The notes: generated by a model from the letters alone, not told the origin. Numbered from the stretch's first letter, positions 47,437 to 56,354 are shown. The stretch is 64,000 bases of DNA from a virus (IMGVR_UViG_3300032245_001714); one strand, 5' to 3'. Numbers and translations: made by a program.

Positions 47437-47813
47437 TTTATTATTATGAATGCTTTTTGTGATTTGATCACGGTTAGGTGAAAGAGATAGTCCACGAGTC
47501 GGTATTTTTCTTTCTGGTGTTTTATATCCATCGAACCCAGTATAGTTCCCACCTGAAGTAGGTTGCTTTTGATCTTTTTATTAAAAACCACCTCGGCTTT
47601 ATTAACCCCTGTGAGAAGAGTTTCGTTAACATAATCAAGCATGAGTTTTAGATTTTTTTCTGTTCTGTGCTCGAAAGCGTATTTGCAATAAAGATGCACA
47701 GTCAACCTTTCAACCTCTTTTGATAGCAGCTCGAGAATATGCGAAACCTCACTCTCGGTTAGTCCGTAGTGTTTATACAGATCCTTTTCTATCTCAATGT
47801 TGATTCTCACCAA
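47433..47813 (-). CDS. hypothetical protein (126 aa)
   Basis: ORF track entry. Confidence 0.45.
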   Translation of the reverse strand: MVRINIEIEKDLYKHYGLTESEVSHILELLSKEVERLTVHLYCKYAFEHRTEKNLKLMLDYVNETLLTGVNKAEVVFNKKIKSNLLQVGTILGSMDIKHQKEKYRLVDYLFHLTVIKSQKAFIIIK

Positions 47814-47814
47814 T

Positions 47815-48264
47815 TTAAAGTTTAACCTCGAACCTCTGTCTCATTTTTTCTAGAGTCTCTGCTGGAACGTTGTGTACATTGTTGTTTCCATGACGGTTTT
47901 CAACGATCAGAGAAACCACCTGATATTGATATTTCTTAGCAAGGTCTAAATAAGCCTGCATCTCCCATTCCTGAGTGAACGTGTTTGACACTACGATCTC
48001 CGGGTAATACTGGGGATTAACTTGGTGATCTTTCATTCTGGTCTCAACTTCGTTTCTGCACCATTCGTGAGCTTCTTTCAACCTTGATGCTTCAAAGTTG
48101 TATTCACCAGTTTCCTTGTTGTGAAAAAACTTATCAGCCTCGCAGATTGCATAGTCATTCCAGATGTGCTTTGCAAAAGTTGATTTACCAGATCCAGGTA
48201 TTCCTCTCACAAGAAATAGTGTTGGATTTAATGTGCTGTATCCTTCGTTTCTTACGTTTTCCAT
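47815..48264 (-). CDS. polynucleotide 5'-kinase-like P-loop kinase (AAA_33 / T4 Pnk kinase-domain-like)
   Basis: GIPGSGKSTFAK Walker A; CEADKFF; VVSNTF, compared with T4 Pnk GCPGSGKST...RDDYR...SDTNL. Confidence 0.6.
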   Translation of the reverse strand: MENVRNEGYSTLNPTLFLVRGIPGSGKSTFAKHIWNDYAICEADKFFHNKETGEYNFEASRLKEAHEWCRNEVETRMKDHQVNPQYYPEIVVSNTFTQEWEMQAYLDLAKKYQYQVVSLIVENRHGNNNVHNVPAETLEKMRQRFEVKL

Positions 48265-48422
48265 ATTATTCTTTTATTCTTTTGGTTCTCCAGAACCAAT
48301 TACCTCTTAAATGTTTTCTGCCCTCTGGATAAAATTGGGGTTGATCAAAAGCGATCCACCACAATTCCAATTTCCAAATAAAAAATCTTCTTTCTGAAAC
48401 ATTGTATTCTAGCATCTTATTT

Positions 48423-49115
48423 CTATTTAGGCGTTGTAAAATAATAAAAATCAGTCACGTTACCACAAAAATCTATGACACTGAAAGTGCTCCTTATCTT
48501 CCCGTGAAGCTGTAGATTTTTTTTTCGATCATCGGGGTCATGTGTTTCACACGCGATCTTATCAATCCTAGAAAGGATGGATGGACTTAATGAATCAAAG
48601 ACATCATACTCAAATCCCTCGATGTCTATTTTTAAAAAATCTATTTTTTCTAGCTGATAAATCTCCATTATTTTTTTAATAGTAAACTCGATTGGATTTT
48701 TTCTGTCTGTCCATACTCTTCCCGATGGAATATAGGTATCCGCTGGGATTTCACCGGTGACTATGGAGTTACAAAAATAAACGTTATCTCTGTCCGAGTT
48801 ATTTTCAACCAGACAAGAATAATGTTCAGGACTACCTTCGATAGAGATAACTTTCTTAGCAATTCTAGAAGCTCCATGTGTAAATAATCCTATGTTTGCA
48901 CCCAAATCAACAACCACCGATCCCGGTTCGATCACGCAGTCCCACATTTGGTAACAGCAATTTTTTGGTGAATAACTAAAATAATAATTCTCCTTGTAGA
49001 AAAAATCATATTCCCAGCAGGAATCCAATTCTTTAACATGATCAAAAGTTTTATATCCATAGGTATTTGTAGCACGATCCCAATATTTCCACTTTTTACC
49101 TTCTATGTGTTCCAT
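48423..49115 (-). CDS. FkbM-family methyltransferase
   Basis: VVDLGANIGLFT, SIEGSPEHYSCLVEN, IDFLKIDIEGFEYDVF, IACETH. Confidence 0.7.
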   Translation of the reverse strand: MEHIEGKKWKYWDRATNTYGYKTFDHVKELDSCWEYDFFYKENYYFSYSPKNCCYQMWDCVIEPGSVVVDLGANIGLFTHGASRIAKKVISIEGSPEHYSCLVENNSDRDNVYFCNSIVTGEIPADTYIPSGRVWTDRKNPIEFTIKKIMEIYQLEKIDFLKIDIEGFEYDVFDSLSPSILSRIDKIACETHDPDDRKKNLQLHGKIRSTFSVIDFCGNVTDFYYFTTPK

Positions 49116-49137
49116 TTTCTATTTTTTTATTTTTTTT

Positions 49138-49779
49138 TTATTCTTCCGTGTGATGATCTTTAGGTAGAACCAGGTGCCTAACAGGTCTACCCTTCATTAT
49201 TTTCAATATCTCATTTAAGCTATAAGGCTCCAGATTGTTTCCGTCTACTCCAACGTCCATTGCTTGTCCTTCGTGGATCTTTAATCTGGGCGGTAGATGA
49301 ACATGTCCATGTAAATGAGGAACCCCTTTATTCATTCCATCCCAACTTGCTATTGGGAAGTGACAGCATACGAATTGGTACTTACCCGTCTCTTTACCCT
49401 CTGGCCTACGGATATCTATAATATCATAGCTACTAACGTGCTTGAAGTACCCCTGTACCCCCTCCTTATTATTTCTAATGTGATGATCGTGATTTCCTAA
49501 AAATAGAATAATGTTTTTGCATACTATTTTATTTCTGAACTCGATAATAGATTCGAATCCACCAAAGCTCCAGTCTCCCATATGAACCAAATAATCGTCC
49601 GGTCCAACGACCGAGTTTATTCCTGCTACTATAGCATCATTCATTTCACCTAGAGAGTGAAAATCCCGTGTACCTCTTCCTTTAGGCCAGTTTGAAACTC
49701 CACGACAAATATTTTGGTGCGAAAAATGCGAATCGGAGGTGAAAAATATGTTCTGATTTTTTTCTAATATAATTTTCAT
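49138..49779 (-). CDS. calcineurin-like metallophosphoesterase
   Basis: TSDSHF (DxH), GDWSFGG, GNHDHH, GHVH. Confidence 0.75.
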   Translation of the reverse strand: MKIILEKNQNIFFTSDSHFSHQNICRGVSNWPKGRGTRDFHSLGEMNDAIVAGINSVVGPDDYLVHMGDWSFGGFESIIEFRNKIVCKNIILFLGNHDHHIRNNKEGVQGYFKHVSSYDIIDIRRPEGKETGKYQFVCCHFPIASWDGMNKGVPHLHGHVHLPPRLKIHEGQAMDVGVDGNNLEPYSLNEILKIMKGRPVRHLVLPKDHHTEE

Positions 49780-49782
49780 TTT

Positions 49783-50922
49783 TTAATCTTTTTTAATCCA
49801 TTTTGAATCCACTGGTATTTCTTCCTCTCTATTCCAAAATGGCTTTTGATACTTTGGTTTTACTATCTTCCAGATTATATGATCGTATTTCTTTCCGTCC
49901 CACATAGCAAAACATATGGATCTTATGCTGGGCTCAACATTACAAAATTCTAGATGTTCAGCAAATTCTTTCTTAGTAGGCTCATTCTCTCGATCCCAAT
50001 ATCTTCCATATCTAAAATACTCATAGATCTTTTCCGCTCTTTCCTCGACTTTACATCGGTGATATTCTAGACTGTGTATTGTTTTCTTAACCCACTTGTC
50101 AAATTCGTCAGGAACTCTTTCTAGAAATTCTTCAATGTTTCTTCCTTCTTTTAAAAGCTCCCAGATGTCGACATTCGAGAAATTGGTCAATAGTCGATGC
50201 AATCTAACATAATCTTCGCCTTTGATCTTCATTCTAAGTCCGGATTTGAATTTAACAACAAATCCCTCAGATTCTCCGTCTATCATTTTCTTAAGCTTCT
50301 TATAATCGTCTATCCCATCGTACTTCTTAACCATCTTAAATCCCAAGTTGTTATATAAATTTACGAATCTAATACCCTCTAAATGTATGCTATTATGGTG
50401 GATTCTAAGTTCATAACCATCTTTGTTATCAATTACCCCAAGAAGTATTAAGTCCTCATAGTCATAGTTGCACACGATCCTGTTTTCGGGATAGATGATC
50501 TCGAACAGATAGGTAAATCCTGGGATCAGTCTCTCATATCTGTATTTTTTTAGGATTTCTCTACCCCTAATTGCCTGCTCAGATGCAAAAGATCCTCTGG
50601 TCGCTAAGTGCCACTCATCGGCATAATGGAAAAGTATGCCTAGAGACCCGTCCAATTTTTCGAAAACCTCGAATTCCTCATTAGGTATTTCCTCTGGCTT
50701 ATGCTCCTCCATGTTAAAAAACTTGGGGAATGGTTTAGCAATAACATTTCCCTCCCGGTCTAAAACAGTGCCTCTCATATTTAAAGTGATCTCGTCCCAA
50801 GACTCCGTGAACTGACATTCCCTTGAATAATTATAGATATCAAGCGGTAATGTCGGGTGTGGATTCCTTTCTAAAAGACCCCTCTGGATATAGGCGTTAA
50901 GAGTGTTTAAATCGTATTTCAT
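49783..50922 (-). CDS. RNA ligase, T4 Rnl1-like
   Basis: Motif I EKLDGSL, compared with T4 RnlA KEDGSL; 379 aa against T4 Rnl1 at 374 aa. Confidence 0.6.
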   Translation of the reverse strand: MKYDLNTLNAYIQRGLLERNPHPTLPLDIYNYSRECQFTESWDEITLNMRGTVLDREGNVIAKPFPKFFNMEEHKPEEIPNEEFEVFEKLDGSLGILFHYADEWHLATRGSFASEQAIRGREILKKYRYERLIPGFTYLFEIIYPENRIVCNYDYEDLILLGVIDNKDGYELRIHHNSIHLEGIRFVNLYNNLGFKMVKKYDGIDDYKKLKKMIDGESEGFVVKFKSGLRMKIKGEDYVRLHRLLTNFSNVDIWELLKEGRNIEEFLERVPDEFDKWVKKTIHSLEYHRCKVEERAEKIYEYFRYGRYWDRENEPTKKEFAEHLEFCNVEPSIRSICFAMWDGKKYDHIIWKIVKPKYQKPFWNREEEIPVDSKWIKKD

Positions 50923-51088
50923 CTCGCATTTTTCATTGTATCCTAAAATTAATCAATATTCCCGTGTTAAAAAAACAAATTGGCCATTTTTTTTGATATA
51001 TAGGGCATAAAATTAAGACTTTCCTCAGAAACATCTTAATTTTTAATTCTAAAAACAACGATATATAAAACAAACAAAAAATAAAAAA

Positions 51089-52639
51089 ATGGGTAAGAAA
51101 ATTTACAACTTTGATGACTTCGTTAACGAGTCATATGTTAGCGAGGGATTATTTTCCTGGTTCAAGAAAAACGTAATGGACCGACTAACTGGATGGACAA
51201 AAAGCTTTTATCAGGCTTTAGAAAATGGCCTAATCAAAACAATTCCAAGTGGACCTAAAAAAGGTAAGCCTGTAGCTATGCTATTTGTTCCTGAAAATGG
51301 ACCTATAGATAAGCAAATAGCAGAATTCTACGGAACAAAAGCTAATGAATCCCAGGAGATTGAAGAAGCTGTGGTTCCCTTAGAATACACTGAAGAAGAT
51401 CAAAGCGTTAGAAATATCAATGCTGAAGATCTTATGGAAGAGATAATGGAGCTTTACGAAGCTAAAGTTTCCGGTGGAAGAGCAAAACCCATATTTATAT
51501 ACGGAGCACCTGGTATCGGTAAAACCCAGATAGTTGGACAAGCCGCTACATCTTTAGGCGTTCCTCTTTTAAATCTTGACCTACAATTTATGGGACCTGA
51601 AGATTTCATCGGGGTTCCTGTTCAAGTGGACATAAAAAAACCGGAATTCTCTGAAGTAGAGGATGAAACAACTGGTGAGAAAACGATGGTGGTAAAAGAT
51701 TACGGTGCTGGTTTTACAAGATCAAATCCTCCTTCTATTTTGCCTAGGGATAATGGAGCTAATGGTAAAGGTGGTATTATATTCATGGACGAAGCAAATA
51801 GAGCAAACCCTATTGTTTTAAGATCTCTAATGCAATTCGTTCAAATGGGTAGAATTGGAGATTATCAGCTTCCTACAAAATGGATTATAGTAGCTGCTGG
51901 TAATAGACCTGCAGAAGCAGAAGTTGCAGAATTTGACTTTGCGTTTGCTGATCGTTTCACAATTGTGAATTACGTTCCTGAATTGGGAATAGATCCAAGC
52001 GGAGCAATCACGGGGGGTTGGGCTAAATGGGCTTCTTCATCAGGAAAGATCCTTCCTGAATTAATTTACTTCCTTGCTGATAACAGAGAGTTATTCCACA
52101 GATTGGACACAGAAAAGAAAGTGCTAAACTACCCAACTCCTAGATCTTGGGCAGATGGAGCATTAGTTCTGAATGACTATATGAGAAACAAGGGACTTAG
52201 CTCTTGGAGAGACGTTCCGGCTCAAAAGATTAAGAACATCTTCTTCGATCAGGTTGGACCTCAAGCAGCTGGAAAATTTGCTGACTTCCTAGACATTCTA
52301 AGAAAAGCATCTGATTCTGATATCGAAGAAATGCTTACTGATCCAGATGGTGCTAGAATTATTCCTGAATTCAAGAAGGAGAAAAGATTCTTATTTGGTC
52401 TTATCCAAACACTTATAAATAAAGTACCAGACGGTGATGCACAGAAGCTATTGAGCATAGTTAAGTACATTAGCAGATATGGTCAATATGAAGTTCTTAC
52501 GTGGCTTCTAAAGAGAATTTACGACAAATTCCCAGAATTCGGAAAATTTGAGGCTTCTTACAAGGATGAGCCAGGATGGGAATACAGAAAAGAGGCAGTT
52601 GAGATAGTTAGACAAGGAAAGAAAGAACAAGGACTATAA
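51089..52639 (+). CDS. MoxR/CbbQ-like AAA+ ATPase
   Basis: GAPGIGKTQ Walker A, IIFMDEANRA Walker B, AAGNRP sensor; N-terminus MGKKIYNFDDFVNES. Confidence 0.75.
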   Translation: MGKKIYNFDDFVNESYVSEGLFSWFKKNVMDRLTGWTKSFYQALENGLIKTIPSGPKKGKPVAMLFVPENGPIDKQIAEFYGTKANESQEIEEAVVPLEYTEEDQSVRNINAEDLMEEIMELYEAKVSGGRAKPIFIYGAPGIGKTQIVGQAATSLGVPLLNLDLQFMGPEDFIGVPVQVDIKKPEFSEVEDETTGEKTMVVKDYGAGFTRSNPPSILPRDNGANGKGGIIFMDEANRANPIVLRSLMQFVQMGRIGDYQLPTKWIIVAAGNRPAEAEVAEFDFAFADRFTIVNYVPELGIDPSGAITGGWAKWASSSGKILPELIYFLADNRELFHRLDTEKKVLNYPTPRSWADGALVLNDYMRNKGLSSWRDVPAQKIKNIFFDQVGPQAAGKFADFLDILRKASDSDIEEMLTDPDGARIIPEFKKEKRFLFGLIQTLINKVPDGDAQKLLSIVKYISRYGQYEVLTWLLKRIYDKFPEFGKFEASYKDEPGWEYRKEAVEIVRQGKKEQGL

Positions 52640-52660
52640 AACACTAAAATCACTAAACTG

Positions 52661-53611
52661 ATGGAAAGATCATTTAAAAATAAATCCCTCATCGAGAGAG
52701 CAATAACGAACTTTGACGAGTTCGTAAGAATTAAGGTGGTAGAATCAGTGGATAACCCCGAAGATTACGCTCAGGAAGATTACACCGAGGTGAACAGAAA
52801 AATCAGAAAGATTATAATCTGGCTTAGTATCAATAAAGGATTTTATGCTGAACTAATGGCAAACCTAGATATTTATGGATCTGATGAAATTAATCCTAAA
52901 ACAATGTGCACAAACGGGATAGAAATTATATTCCATCCTGAATTTGTGACTAAGCAGAAAGAGGAGGCTTTAAGACTTGTTCTTGCACACGAGCTTCTAC
53001 ACTGTATAGGTAAGCACCAAGAAAGAAGAGGGACTAGAGACCCTAAAGGTTGGAATATAGCATGTGATTATGCTATCAATCCTATACTTGAGGGAGAGCC
53101 GGGGTTCGAATGGCCAGTTGACGAGACGGGTCAGAAAATGGGACTTTACGAGGAAAAATACGAAGGCATGTCAGCAGAAGATATTTACGATCTTCTAATA
53201 GAGGAAGGAGTTTTAAACCCTGACGGAAAGCCTAAATCTTCAAAAATGGCAAAAAGTGCAGAACTTGGTGAAGTTGTTGACGAGGATTCTGAAGTACCTG
53301 GACCTGGTCAGGGTATGGATATTCAGGTTTCAGACGACGATGAACCAAACGGCGGACAAAACGGTAGCGGAGACGATGGCGATGAAGGTGATGAAGAAGG
53401 AGATAAACCAGGAAACGGTAGCGGTGATGAGGGAGACGAAGAAGGAGAGGGAGATGGACCGGGAAATAGTCCAGGAAATAAACCTTCGGATAAGCCTGGC
53501 AATAACCAACAACAATCCCAACTCCCTAGGGTGGGACAAAAGGTTAGGTTAAGTGACGGAAGAGAAGCTGTTATCAAAAAGGTTTATCCTAACGGAGATA
53601 TAGACGTTTAA
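52661..53611 (+). CDS. DUF2201_N-like putative metallopeptidase (HExxH) with an acidic Gly/Asp/Glu-rich repetitive tail
   Basis: LAHELLHCIGKH; tail NGSGDDGDEGDEEGDKPGNGSGDEGDEEGEGDGPGN. Confidence 0.55.
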   Translation: MERSFKNKSLIERAITNFDEFVRIKVVESVDNPEDYAQEDYTEVNRKIRKIIIWLSINKGFYAELMANLDIYGSDEINPKTMCTNGIEIIFHPEFVTKQKEEALRLVLAHELLHCIGKHQERRGTRDPKGWNIACDYAINPILEGEPGFEWPVDETGQKMGLYEEKYEGMSAEDIYDLLIEEGVLNPDGKPKSSKMAKSAELGEVVDEDSEVPGPGQGMDIQVSDDDEPNGGQNGSGDDGDEGDEEGDKPGNGSGDEGDEEGEGDGPGNSPGNKPSDKPGNNQQQSQLPRVGQKVRLSDGREAVIKKVYPNGDIDV

Positions 53612-53628
53612 AATTTAAAACTCAAAAC

Positions 53629-54567
53629 ATGTTTGTAAAAAAAGGAGAATATGCTGTAATAGCTCAAGCCCAAGATTTATCTGGAGGCCAGAAATCACCA
53701 GATGACGGTAAAAAAGGTGGAAATGTTGCTATATCTAAAAAAACAATACAGATGGAGGATATTCCTCTAGTTGGACAGGAAACACCCGGAGCTAAAACAA
53801 CTTCTGATTTAGGTGGTAAACAAATAAAAACTAAGGTTTCTGAGTATACCGGTAAAAAGAAAAGCAGAATACATAAAGGTAAAATAGATTGGGATTCTGC
53901 AGCAATGAGAGCTTTAGGTAGAGCCACATCTTCTGTTTCTTCAAAGATTAAAAGATTGATCGATACTCTATCGTCTACGAAACCTTTGGTTAACTGGAAA
54001 ATGGAGCTTAAGAAATTTTTCGATAGCACATTTAATAAACAAGATTGGGTTCTTCCGAATAAAAGATTTGTTGCTAGAGGAGAATATCTATACGGAAGAA
54101 AGAATATAGGATCTGACACATTAAAAACGATAGTGGCAGCAGTGGATACGTCTGGCTCAATATCTCAGGAACAATCAAGAACATTCGTAACTGAAGTTAT
54201 GCACTTGGTTAAAATGTTTGATGCTGATAAAACCTACATCATTTACTGTAGTGATGATATAGATAATGTTGATATCATTAAGAAAGGAGGTCAGCCGGAT
54301 TTCTCTTTATGGGCAACAACAGGTGGTAATGCTAAAGGGTTTATCCCTCCTTTTCAATACGTTGAAAAGAACAATATCAAACCATCAGTTTTCATATATC
54401 TAACAGATACTGGCGGTGAAATGCCAGATCCTAAAAAATATGGAATTCCTAAGTACATTAAAAAAGTGATTTGGTTTATATGTTCTCCAACTATGTATAA
54501 TCCTCCATCATTCGGTAAAATACTATTCGCTCCGGCGTCAGCAATTGCACCATGGAAAAAGAAATAA
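53629..54567 (+). CDS. VWA-domain protein
   Basis: MIDAS motif VAAVDTSGSIS. Confidence 0.6.
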   Translation: MFVKKGEYAVIAQAQDLSGGQKSPDDGKKGGNVAISKKTIQMEDIPLVGQETPGAKTTSDLGGKQIKTKVSEYTGKKKSRIHKGKIDWDSAAMRALGRATSSVSSKIKRLIDTLSSTKPLVNWKMELKKFFDSTFNKQDWVLPNKRFVARGEYLYGRKNIGSDTLKTIVAAVDTSGSISQEQSRTFVTEVMHLVKMFDADKTYIIYCSDDIDNVDIIKKGGQPDFSLWATTGGNAKGFIPPFQYVEKNNIKPSVFIYLTDTGGEMPDPKKYGIPKYIKKVIWFICSPTMYNPPSFGKILFAPASAIAPWKKK

Positions 54568-54573
54568 AAAAAA

Positions 54574-54597
54574 CCCCAGATAATATCTGGGGTTTTT
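54574..54597. terminator. bidirectional terminator hairpin
   Basis: ccccagataatatctgggg, flanked by an A run and a T run. Confidence 0.55.
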
Positions 54598-54613
54598 AGT
54601 TTTATTTGTAAGA

Positions 54614-54940
54614 TTAAGAAACGGTCACTTGGACCAAACATCTTATACCATCCTCACTCTCGAATAACCAATCCACACACTTAAAAGAATAATCCGCATC
54701 GTTCTCTAGAGAATCTACTTCTTGTATATCATAGAGATATTCTATTTCCTTTACAAAAGTAAACCTTCTAAATCCCTTAGTTTTTTTGTTAACAATATAA
54801 AATTGCTTCTTGTCACTAGGAAATGGATATGGATATTTACTATCTATGTCATAAAGACTCCATGCATCCGCACTGAATGTTCTTGTCAATTCGTTCCAAA
54901 CAAAAGAAGAAATACTATACTGAAAATCGTTTTTACTCAT
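54614..54940 (-). CDS. hypothetical protein (108 aa)
   Basis: ORF track entry. Confidence 0.45.
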   Translation of the reverse strand: MSKNDFQYSISSFVWNELTRTFSADAWSLYDIDSKYPYPFPSDKKQFYIVNKKTKGFRRFTFVKEIEYLYDIQEVDSLENDADYSFKCVDWLFESEDGIRCLVQVTVS

Positions 54941-55047
54941 GATATTTTATTTAAGGTGGGTTTAAAGAATTTTAATTATATTATACCATAAAATAATGGT
55001 GATAAAAATTATTGCTAAATACGTTATGATTCTTATATACTTCCAAC

Positions 55048-55239
55048 TCATATGTTTTCTTCTAGATAGTTAACAATTTCTGTTTCTAAGTCTCCGTCAA
55101 CTTCTTCACCCTCCATGTCATACACGTCGTAGTTTGTATAGCCTAGACTTACGCTATCCTCCAAGACTGTAACCTGGTATGATTCTTCCTTATAGACAAC
55201 CTCGAAGGTTGTTTCTTTCTGTAGTATCTTTACACTCAT
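55048..55239 (-). CDS. hypothetical protein (63 aa)
   Basis: ORF track entry. Confidence 0.35.
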   Translation of the reverse strand: MSVKILQKETTFEVVYKEESYQVTVLEDSVSLGYTNYDVYDMEGEEVDGDLETEIVNYLEENI

Positions 55240-55442
55240 ACTTCTTGATTGTATGTTTTATCGTAATACTCTTTTGTATTCATCATCTCTTCCTGATAAT
55301 AGCCATCGTAGCAAGCTTTGTTTATTTGTTCTTTTTCCATCTCTTTGGCTTTTTCAAATATATTATTTACTGAAGATGAAAACTTAAATTTCTCCCATAA
55401 TTCTTGTCTTAACCATTCTACTGCTGTCTGTTTGTTTTTCAT
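55236..55442 (-). CDS. hypothetical protein (68 aa)
   Basis: Overlapping start and stop codons with its neighbours. Confidence 0.4.
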   Translation of the reverse strand: MKNKQTAVEWLRQELWEKFKFSSSVNNIFEKAKEMEKEQINKACYDGYYQEEMMNTKEYYDKTYNQEV

Positions 55443-56200
55443 TTTAAAAATATTTTAAGTGTTTTATTGTCATCTTGTAATTGTATTTCAACATCTTTAG
55501 CATTATAATTTGTGTATGCCCTACCATTATAAGGTTCGGAATGTTGTATTACTTCTACTCTTGTAACTTTTGATGTGTCAAGAATTTTTTGTTTATTAGT
55601 ATTATCTAAAAACTCATTAACAGTTGGACCAACATTATCATATTCCACACTCTTAGCCCAATCTTCCAATACTTTTTCCATAGGTGTTTCCTCAAAATAT
55701 TGTTTTAATTTTTCTGAAAAGTCAAAACTTAGAGCAGCATAAAAGTTACTTTCTTGTTTAGGTTTACCAACGTGAGTAATAGTAATACCTCTTTTAGGAA
55801 TAATGATTTTATAAATTGAAGTTAGTTTTTCTTCATCCCATATTAATCTTTGGTCTACGTATCCACAATTTGGATTCTTTACAAACCATTCAAGAAAGTC
55901 ATCATCAATAGCTTGTACACCATCTTCGATTAAGTCTTCGTCTGTGGTTAGTATGATTTTCCTCCAATCATCAGGTAACATTTCAGTTCCATTATGTTTA
56001 GATATTATACCACTTGGACTGCAATACCAATCTCCTTCTTTAACTTCTTCATCGGAAGTGATGTAGATGTTTTGACATTTCTCTTTAGGAAACACTTCTT
56101 GAAGTGTGTATTGATTATTTAATAAAAGAGTAGTTTCTTTTAAAAATAACCTACTTGGTTTATCTGTTGGTATTAAGTGTATGTTTTTCATATCTATCAA
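55439..56200 (-). CDS. hypothetical protein (253 aa)
   Basis: ORF track entry. Confidence 0.5.
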   Translation of the reverse strand: MIDMKNIHLIPTDKPSRLFLKETTLLLNNQYTLQEVFPKEKCQNIYITSDEEVKEGDWYCSPSGIISKHNGTEMLPDDWRKIILTTDEDLIEDGVQAIDDDFLEWFVKNPNCGYVDQRLIWDEEKLTSIYKIIIPKRGITITHVGKPKQESNFYAALSFDFSEKLKQYFEETPMEKVLEDWAKSVEYDNVGPTVNEFLDNTNKQKILDTSKVTRVEVIQHSEPYNGRAYTNYNAKDVEIQLQDDNKTLKIFLK

Positions 56201-56354
56201 GTTTTATTGTGAGTTCTGCAAGTTTCATGTACAAAAAGGTATTTGTAGCATCTTGATAGCTAACACTGGAGGTAGCTAATATAGATTCAGTAAACTTATG
56301 ACATTCATCTTGAATTTTCTCAGTAACATCTTTAAGTTTTTCTTTATTTTCCAT
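56160..56354 (-). CDS. hypothetical protein (64 aa)
   Basis: ORF track entry. Confidence 0.35.
   Translation of the reverse strand: MENKEKLKDVTEKIQDECHKFTESILATSSVSYQDATNTFLYMKLAELTIKLDRYEKHTLNTNR

Noticed and set aside
53256-53577. ORFs 53256..53552 (+), 53323..53577 (-) and 53330..53539 (-)
   Set aside because: They lie on alternative frames or strands of the repetitive acidic low-complexity tail of 52661..53611; artefacts of the repeat.
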